From Pocillopora damicornis (Eukaryota): a DNA stretch of 64,000 nt. The notes under the pieces were generated by a model. It saw only the letters and a program-made list of their open reading frames with translations. It was not told where the DNA came from and did not search any database. The translations under genes and the position numbers were made by a program. Below are positions 54,687 to 64,000 of this stretch, piece after piece. The DNA lies in contig NW_020845515.1 of NCBI RefSeq assembly GCF_003704095.1, positions 62,001-126,000 on the forward strand. The letters run 5' to 3'. Position 1 is the first letter of the stretch. Each line of letters begins with the position of its first letter.

Positions 54687-57600
54687 GATGCTCTGCCACT
54701 CCGAACCTGCTTAATTCCTAATACCTCCGGGCGCAAAATGCGGACGTGAGTCCCAGGAAAGAGAAACAGATTTTTAAACGTTGACGGTATGGGTCGCACT
54801 TGCGAAATCACGACTCACACGTTCTCTTGGATCAGCCACAATTGAATGCATCACATCTATTTCCGAACCTTCGCCTGTTGTCTGCGGGACGCTATCATGA
54901 GACACTTCATCTTATTGTTCTACCGTAATTTCGTCGTTTCAATTTTACAAGTTAGATGTTGGCTCTTAAATTCACTGATCTAGCGAACATTGCTTTATTA
55001 CGACGTGTACATGCAAAGCAACATACGAAGCGTCCAAATAAAGGTGTGAGGGGAGATGGCTAAATCTTCAATGGTTGAACAATTAAATTCGCAATATAGT
55101 TTTAATCGATCGGTGAGTGAAATTTTAAGCTTTTTTGACGGAGATGGCGAAGGCGCTAGATGCGCATGGGAACACTCGAGAGTATAGTGTAAATAATAAA
55201 CATTTATGGGATTAGTTTGTTATTGCGGATAGTTTTGTTTTGCAGCAAAGATAATCAACAGCTATGGCACTTGAGCATCGTGAGCGACCAATGTGAAATA
55301 ATATCTCGCTTATTCTTTAAAACGTGAATCATTTCTCAGCAAAATTTCACCTATAATATAGAGACAACCTCTATTTTTTAAACGTACTTGATGACCCTTG
55401 TAAAAAACGTTGCTACATAGACCTATTATCATAATTCAACAGAGCTCTTGTGTAGTTTATATTTAACATAGATGAAAATCTTTGGTTGATTTTTAAACAC
55501 TTAAAGTAGTTTGTTAACTTCAAGGTACATCAGTGAGTAAGTGGGTGGAACGAAAACACTTTAAGCTTATTTATTGTTATTTTACTCGAAGTTGTGAATA
55601 TTTATAAAATTACTTACTGTTTTTACTCGAAGCGCGTCACAGAAATTTCTCGTTAAATAGCTATCAAAATGTAATATACAATTAAACAGAAAATTGCCCT
55701 CATAAACAATAGACTTTGAAGGTTTGTCATATACTAACTTACATATTATAGAAAGCTGAGGTTTTGGCGCTAAAATTCACGATACATGGCTCTTAATTTA
55801 CGTCACATATGCTTCTTCAATCTTCGTAACTTACAAGAACACGTTTTTCTCTCGCACGTCGGCGTTTGAACCTAAATCCAAGAAGTATTAAGAAATTTTG
55901 CGGTTTGTGGTTGAAAATGAGCCGGATTTCATATTTAGAACATGGTTTTAGCTGCCTCGCCCGTGCTCTAGAAATCTCAACTGATATGCAAGAGGGTTAA
56001 AGCCGAGAAATGACGGTCTTTTCTCTTTTCTCCCGCTGCTGAAGGCAAAAGAGTCAGTATGTGAAACGAACCAGCCGCCTAGTTAAAGCAGCGCTGTAGA
56101 ATATTCTAGAGGCAAACAGGACATGAGCGCCAAAGGAAAACTACGTGCGGCCAAAACGTAATGCGCAGAGGAATTTTAAAAAAACGTTTCATTCATAAAA
56201 GAGTAATCAAGAGTAGGCTTTTGCTGCAAAGCGGAGGAATTTTTGACAAAACATTTCACTCGTTAAAGGGCGATCAAGAGAGAGAGACAGCTTTTGCTGT
56301 AAAGGATTAAATCTCTATCGAATCCTATAAAAACGTAACCGTCTTTTCAAAAATCTTTTTTTGCAAATTTTTACATCGCTCTAACTATTTCACAAGACAC
56401 CGACTCGGAAAATTCGATCAAGTGTATCACCTGAACTTGGTTCGCTGGTATGAGTTAATGAAACCTAATCAGAACGCCGATTACATCAAGGAACTCGAAA
56501 AAACATGAGTGGATGTATTCACGACACTGCACTGGATAATTTTGTTACCCGTGCACTTAAGTTCGTTTGCCTGCTAAAGACAAGTTCTTCCTGCGACTGA
56601 AATGACCGCATTATACGTTAGTCAAGGTAAAGAAAACCGTTAATAGACCAGTCAATTTGAAATCGATCTACAGTCTTCGATCCAGATTATTTCTTAGTAC
56701 TTACGAGCACTCGCGTTTTTTGAATACATTCATGAAAATGTTCCTCGGACAAAAATAAAAATGAGTTGTATTTCTGTAAAATTTACAAAACTGAACTAAC
56801 TCGAGACCACTGCGAACACGTTTTTCTTTTCTCCCTTCTCATTTCGGGAAAAGTAGTTCTATGGAGTTTGCTTTCCACGATTTCGTGAGATTTCTTCACG
56901 AACCAGGATCAGTGTACCTCAGTAACTTATTTCTAACTATAAACAGAAATAATTTCAAATTTACCAAGTCACCAATCAGTTAGGAATTGATGATCACTTC
57001 CATGTCGCAAACTAATAGGTATATTAATTTCTTTTTCTTTTTTGAATGATTCTTTTAACTTCGTGGTAAACGGTCATTCATGAACTGAACAAGACTACAC
57101 TGTAGAATACCGTAAGACGTCCTCCAAAAATGGTGACGTCTCTTGAAGTAATAAGGATCAGAAGCGAACAAAGTCTAAGTCGGTTTTTGAAATATTCTCT
57201 TACATTAATTGGCCTTTTTTTATAACTAACTAAAATTTCCCGTTCACACATTGCTTGTTTGTTTAATTGAATTACTTTCTAAGAAAATCAAGAGGAATTT
57301 CCAGAATTTCCGATCTCTCACATTGCGAGTGAATTTACTGAGTAAAGGAACAATACTTTCCTCAAACTCCCTATTTCAAGGATAATAGATGTGTCAGGAG
57401 TGTGATGAATAATAAGTACAATGAATCTTCGACATAACTGATGTAACAAATAAGAAAAAGGCATTTAACGCAAGTTTTTGTTTTTTCGAGAGATTCGTAG
57501 AAGTCACGACAAAAAACCCTGCCAAAAGTTGCCTCCTCACCATGAAGCTCATCAGAAGTGGAAGGTCTTGCTCTTCCGCGGAGGGTTTCGACCTTGCTTT

Positions 57601-60600
57601 ATTCAATTATGTCTAAAGTACGCATTAATAATTTATTTTGTGGCTTACTTTGTCTTTCAAGAGCCCTTTCAATAGATTCCTTAATCTGAGTAACGGGATA
57701 TCTGCTTCCCTTAAAGAAGAAAGGTCTCTTTCTCAGAAATTCACGTGTTTCTTATGAGGTCTGTTTCCCCTTGAGATTTAAGTAAACTCTCGTGAGAAAT
57801 TTTCCTCAGTGTTTTGCTGACAGTTTTATCCGTTTATTAAAAGTAAACATTGGGGGGAAAACTTGAAATTCAGACAACTTCGTAGAAAAATAAGATCTCT
57901 TGGAATAACAAATAGACAGGTTTTTGTCCATGAACGTAGATATTTTCAAGTGAATATGCGATTTGTTCATGACAAACAGATCTTCTGTACAAAAATATTC
58001 CAAATATAGGTTTTTTTTCAAGTTTCAACCAGAAATTTAAACGTGCAGTTGTTTTGATTGAAGTTCAACCAGTTGTAGTAATTTGTAGCTGCAATTCAGT
58101 CCGCGTAAAATAACCACGAAGGGAAGTGTTTACTTTTATTTTTTCATCCTTCCGCTGAGTGATTCCGAAAGAACTGCACTTAAATACGAAAAGGAAACAC
58201 TACTTAATCAAACTAAGGCTTTATTCATTAAGAAATTACTTGAGAATGCTTTTCGTGATGAGGACTTTTTTCTGTGAGTGGTGAAAACACTATGATGAAA
58301 GTTTTAAAACGTTTAAACTAATCAATTGTTTCTCAGATCGATGACAAGTTATAGTAAAACTTACTAAAGTAAAATTTCCTTGTATAAACTCCTGGAACCC
58401 AGCGAAACTGTTTCAGAAACAAGTTACATGGCGAACTTTCTGTTAGAACACACACGCCCGAGGAACAGATTAGCCATTTTGAAATGTCTCCAGGGCAAAT
58501 CTTATCGGTTTGATGAAATTGTAGGACCGCACAGCGTAAATGTTTCATTAGTTTTCGTTGATTAGATTTTCTCACTCACTTCAATGTGCCTTATAGTTTA
58601 TTCAATATCATCAATAGCTTCTACAAACCATCATTTAAAACACATCAGTAAACATATGTTTGTGATTATTTACGCCCACGAAGTACTTCAAGAATGCTTA
58701 TTATTTGATAAAAATGACAAAAAACTTCGGTTTAGGAGTAAATGAATTTTTAGATAACAAATTATCAGGTTGATAAAGTTAGACCTTTGCCTTCTGTTAT
58801 CTCTTTTCACTTTGCACTCAGTGGCAGTCTTAGACTATCTCCTCGTCTTCTTGAAAATACTTAAAACGACTTAAAACGTCTAATCTGTCGAAAGGTCAAA
58901 CATTAAGAATGGCACGTTATAATCACTTTAACAGCTCCACAAAAGACCGTTCTTAGCTCTAAGCTTAAGAGTCTTCAGACTGGTGTTCATTACAGCTCCC
59001 ACTTAAGGTTCATAATTCTTGGAGTTGCTCTACATCTGTGGCTATTTAGTGGAGCGCTGGAAAGAAAGTAAACATTTAAATTACTTTTTAATTATTCCCT
59101 GAACAAATTAAACCTATTTGTCAACTGAAACTGTTAACAAACTATCGTTCTAGCAACATCATTAAACTGTTCTAACTTTAGTGGCGCAGATCAGGCTAGT
59201 TTGTAAATTCAATTTTGTCCTGTCGCATTCATGCTACGTGTGACTTCGTTTGGCACGACGAAGAGTGTTGTAATCGCACTTAGAGCTTTATCTGCGAAGA
59301 TAACACCTAACAATGACATAGTCTACGCGCAGAATGATATATTCGTTTTCGAAAGCCTCAAATGGATTAGTATTAGCTCTCTGGGATTTAAAACTACAAC
59401 AGAAACTTACCGTTAAGGTGTAAATTCCGGAAATGACAACGAAAAAAACCTTTCCAGGTTATGCCGTAAAGATGCACTCGAACTGCCTGCTATGTACACT
59501 AGAATTTCACTGTTGATTATTTTGTGTAAAAGCCATCTTTCAGTGAGATAAGGAGCTTTATGTCAAGTATTTAAGATGGGGGAAAGCCAGGGTGATACAC
59601 TAACTTGAACTCTCCACAAAATCAAACTCACGACAAAGAGCAAAAGCGGCGAAATAACACCCCAAAATTGTCTTACAACCTTTCAACTGTGTAATCTCGA
59701 TAATGGATTGTTTAAATTTAACACCCAAGACATGTAGAGCAGTTCTGTTTTGCTTTTTTATGTCGCGTGAGTTTCCTATCAGACGGAAACTGTTGGCCCT
59801 AATCCCATTATAACCGTCTACCTCTCGAACGATAAAAACTAGAAATCGCGATTTATTCGCGATATGCGTAAAAGCTACACAGCTGAAAATATTTTGACTA
59901 TTTTCAGAAGCAGTTCAAGTCTTTCTTATACCTCTTAGTTATCCCCTTTTCGTGTTGGGAGAGAAGATTAATAGGAAATATATCATTCCCCGCGATGAAT
60001 GCAAAGTAATCTTGCATGACTAAAATTTAGGCACTATCAGAAACATTCAAAATATTTACTTGAACACGATATGCCGAGTGAAGGTAAAATGAAGGCGTAT
60101 TACTGAGAATTTGGGGTTTACAAAACGCCATAAAAACCTTATTTTTTTCGTTTTTCAAATAATTAAGAATTCCTTTCTATCAAGAGGATCAATAAAACGT
60201 AGAGATGATGTCATCTACCCCAGTCAGACAATGTCATGGCAACCCAAGGATTTTTGTTCCTAAGCATTGAAAAGAAGGAAGATCCTGTAATAGAGAACAT
60301 CAGTCCAACTGTACTTGAGAACCAAAAAGCCGACGGTACAATCCTATCATTTGCTGAAATGCTTTGCATAAATAATGTGTTAACCTATTGCTCAGTTCTT
60401 GAACCATGATTGGCTCCGTGGCGAAACTGAATTCTAAATTGATTGAAACGATGGCTGTTGTTCCGTTGCCATGCTGTCAATGCTCTGTAGTAAATGCAAT
60501 AAGTATTTTAAAAAGTTTGCCATTGCCTTATCATACGAGTTACATCGTATATCGAAAAAACGCTGTTGACTTTTTTTTAGAGATATTCTACTTGGCTGAG

Positions 60601-63600
60601 GTCCAAAGCACCCATGTATGAACCAAATCCGTTGAATATTCCTAAATAGCTCTCAAAGTTTTAAAAGTGACGAACTCGTTTGAAGTTTTTAGACACGAGT
60701 GAAATAGTAAAATTTTCCGCGTATTAACCTGAGTATTGCTTAGTAAAGACGCTCGCTCGAGTTATTCGTAGTTTCAAACCCAAGCCGTCTAGACAAAAAA
60801 TGAGATGTCTTCGTAGCCACTGTACCGTGCGTTTTCCAAGATATCTAAGTTGCAGTTTCAGTAAAGAAGATTGTATTTTGACGATAACCAAACAATTCTA
60901 TCGGTTACTGATCAATCAGGATGTTAAGCGTGTAATTCAATGTAATCAAATAAATAAAACTGAATGTAAAAAAAAAAAGAAACCAGAGTTGTACCTTAAG
61001 TCTGTTCACAGAATTAATTTTAGTATGAGACTACTTGCCTGAATAGCTCTAAATTCAACCAACAAACGTCCCACAGTTGGCTAAAATTATACGGAATTTT
61101 AACGACTCTGTCGCTATTTCTCACGCCGTAATTTTAGCTAAGGGCACGTCTAGTCATGGTAAAACGGAACCTAAAGATATGTGAATTTGGGATTTAAGTC
61201 TAAAGCGACATATTCGACGCCCTCATAAGCCGACTGAGTTGTCTGCATGGAGACTGACGAAGACACGATACTCTGCCATTTCAAACGGCTCTTAAGAACA
61301 TTTTGAGCTTACAATTAACTGAGTTTGGTAAACAAAACACATTGTTCCTTTCCTGCGAGAATTTCCAAGAAATATTAGAATTGGTATTTTCAGTTAAACC
61401 TCGAGCGAGAGGATTGCAATTCTCGCTAAACTGCCTAGAAAATTAGATTTGGAAGACACTTTTGGCAGGTCAAAGAGTCACAACCGGCTTTTGAAAAGTA
61501 AGTTGTGTTGAAATACTGTGGCGCGAAACAATAACGTTTTCTTTGCAGGGAAGGCTGATTAGCTGGTCGGTTACAATGTGAAGCGAGGACTAAGAACTCT
61601 CCAATCAGACGGTTACTTTCCTTGTTTGATTTTCAAGCAGAATTCAGGATCAATTCTGCTCATATGCCTTCAGTCCTAGTAATGCTATTCTGACCTCCAA
61701 ACTTGGCTTTCATCGCACTGTGTAAGTAGGATAATTACCATGTTTACCAGAGGGATTTTATCGTTATTGATATATGGATAGTTAGCGTAAGGAAGCTCAC
61801 ATAGGCGATTTGTTTTCCCCTGTTCGGATGGAGGAGAATGACACTATCAAATACGACGAAACTTTACTAAGCAGTAGATAATAGAAATGCTTTTTTTTCA
61901 TTTGCGGTACTGACCATTCTTAATTAGCAGTTTGTTTTCTCCAATATACGTTTCAGAATAAGGCAAATTAAATATACCGCAGCGCCAATACCGTCTGAAT
62001 GGGACTATTAACAGACTCTTACACAACAAAATTATCAAAACCTTGTGATTGTATTTTCATGAAGTTATATAGAAAGCGTACATGGCTTGATTTCATACCT
62101 TCGCTTAGAAATCGTTGTTAGTAACAATACTGCAACAATACTGTATGTTCTTTAATAAACTACTACATTAGGTAGTTTAGCTTACAGCGTTTGCGCCGTG
62201 ACTGATAATTTTGGTGCCATATTACATTTAAAAAACCAACTACGACTGCACTGGTTACTTCAACAAATGCCTTCCCATTTGGTTTTGAATCAGATAAGAT
62301 ATCTTACGCGTGTTTTTATTTCTTGTGATATTACTTAATATTGTTGATAGTCAATGATAAATTGAAGGAAAGTACGACTACATGGTTCGTAAGAAACCGT
62401 CATGGACTCGAAAATCTCTGCGGCAGGATTTCTTTTTTCCCATCAAAACGTTTGCATATGGGAATACAAAGACTGTCTCCAATTGCCGATGTTCATAAGA
62501 TTAAGTCTTCGATGCAGAGACAGACATTTAAAGCAAAATTGGTCACATACGTGATTCTTAAAAATCTAACCCTCAGGGCACACGGAAGATTTAGCGCGAA
62601 GAGATAAGTTACCTGTCACTTAAAACCCACTGTTATGTGAGTTGTGGGTTTTCTAGGGGAAACGTAAGTTCTCAACTGTTGACACGTTTATTACTCATGG
62701 CTAAAAATGTCTTTGATAGGTTAAAAGCTCTAATTTTCGCTGATTCATACGTGCAGCACACGTTGTGGGTGAACCCGTAGGTGTGTGTGTGTGTGAGGTA
62801 AAGGTGTTTCATGCCCCAGGCTTTGACCTTCCGTTAAATAGAACGGAATTAGTATAATTAAAAAAAGCTGTAGAACCCTAAACTGACTGTGGTTTTAGAG
62901 AGAGAAGGGCACGTCGGTTTGAAAGGCCTAGACGAACGAAAACTGCTTAACTTGGAAAATTTAAGATTCAGTTTGTTGGTTTAATTCTGGTATCTTTGAC
63001 TCAAAGGGTAAACTAAGATCTTTGACGTGATGGCACGGAAGGTCAAAAAGGTATCACAGTTTTTCTAAATACAGAGTCATTTGAAATTTTGGTAATTCAT
63101 ACTGATTCGACATGCGACTGGAACTGAATCCCATTGTACGCCTATTTAAGACAAAGGTTCCCTTCTTTACATCAGACAAATTAGTTTGAAGATTAATTCA
63201 GAGAACTATTCAGACTTATTAAGACTCTCTAGATGCTAAAAGATCAATAATTCATTTTAAGAATGCGAGTAAAGTACTTTTTGCCTTCTGCATCATATGA
63301 TTAGGTGTAGGTCAAACCACAAAGCTGAGAGACGAAAAGGTATCTTTTTGTGTGTTCAAGTTAACCTAAAATGAACTAGACTGTGCATAGCTGTAGGCTG
63401 CAGCTTTTTCTTTTCGCAAGATTAGTTTATTGAGTTAAATTTCTAAGTAATTTCTATCACAGCCTTAATGACTGAAACACCTCATAAGAGGTTTCAAAGG
63501 ATATTTCAAAACCAATTTATTCCCACGACTTAGCTACGGTGCAATTACATAATCAAGTGAAGGTCAAAGATTTCCCACATTGTTAAATCAATTAGTTATG

Positions 63601-64000
63601 CAAATCTCACGATGATGGAAAAGCTGAATTAATTTGGACGTTAATGTCAAACTGAAATGTTTCAACCAGCCTCGCGCTGAAAGACAAAAATACAACTGTC
63701 CAGTTTTCTGAACACGAAAATGACACTTACTTGATATATTTCTTACGGCTACACGAAGCGTTGATTGGCAAAGATCCGGCTTCAGGGAATTAAAAAATAT
63801 GCCCTTTGAGAAGTACAGAGGCCTGAAATAATAATGTTTTGACCTATCACTTGGGATATCTCTAATTCTCGGTTGTGGTTGACCGGTTATTTTTTCAAGC
63901 TGGAATTAAAAGCCTCCTCAATCGGATCCTCCTCATATTTTGAATACTCAGGTGTACATTGTATTCTTCGAGTATGGGAAAGCCGGAAAAGAGTCATCTT

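Overview
Eukaryotic, intron-rich, AT-rich animal DNA. Gene content and repeats suggest an anthozoan cnidarian such as a stony coral, but this is inference only. There are four assembly gaps. Reading exons by hand on both strands gives nine spliced genes: (1) an optineurin/NEMO-family gene (minus, 859-8112) with an N-terminal LIR-like motif, duplicated exons and two C-terminal zinc fingers; (2) a secreted dermatopontin/amebocyte-aggregation-factor-family gene (minus, 10310-12118); (3-6) four astacin metalloprotease genes, each ending in two ShKT domains (A1 14100-19257, A2 20037-23980 and A3 25136-28801 on minus; A4 30526-34143 on plus); (7) a Tbx20-family T-box gene (minus, ~36657-43361); (8) a stand-alone Maf-family nucleotide pyrophosphatase (minus, 48923-52414); (9) a Hand bHLH gene (plus, 54138-54686), followed by ~9 kb without recognisable coding sequence. 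Several MITE families are scattered through the introns. Main observations: A2 looks like a chimera of the A1 promoter and signal exon with the A3 body; A1 carries a shuffled fibronectin type II exon; the Maf gene has a 15-nt micro-exon followed by a U12-type intron with rare AT-AA termini; an IRF + NF-kB + CRE motif cluster lies upstream of optineurin/NEMO; Tbx20 and Hand are closely linked, with T-box, GATA and Fox sites at Hand; and two diverged ~145-bp palindromic repeats show compensatory base-pair covariation.
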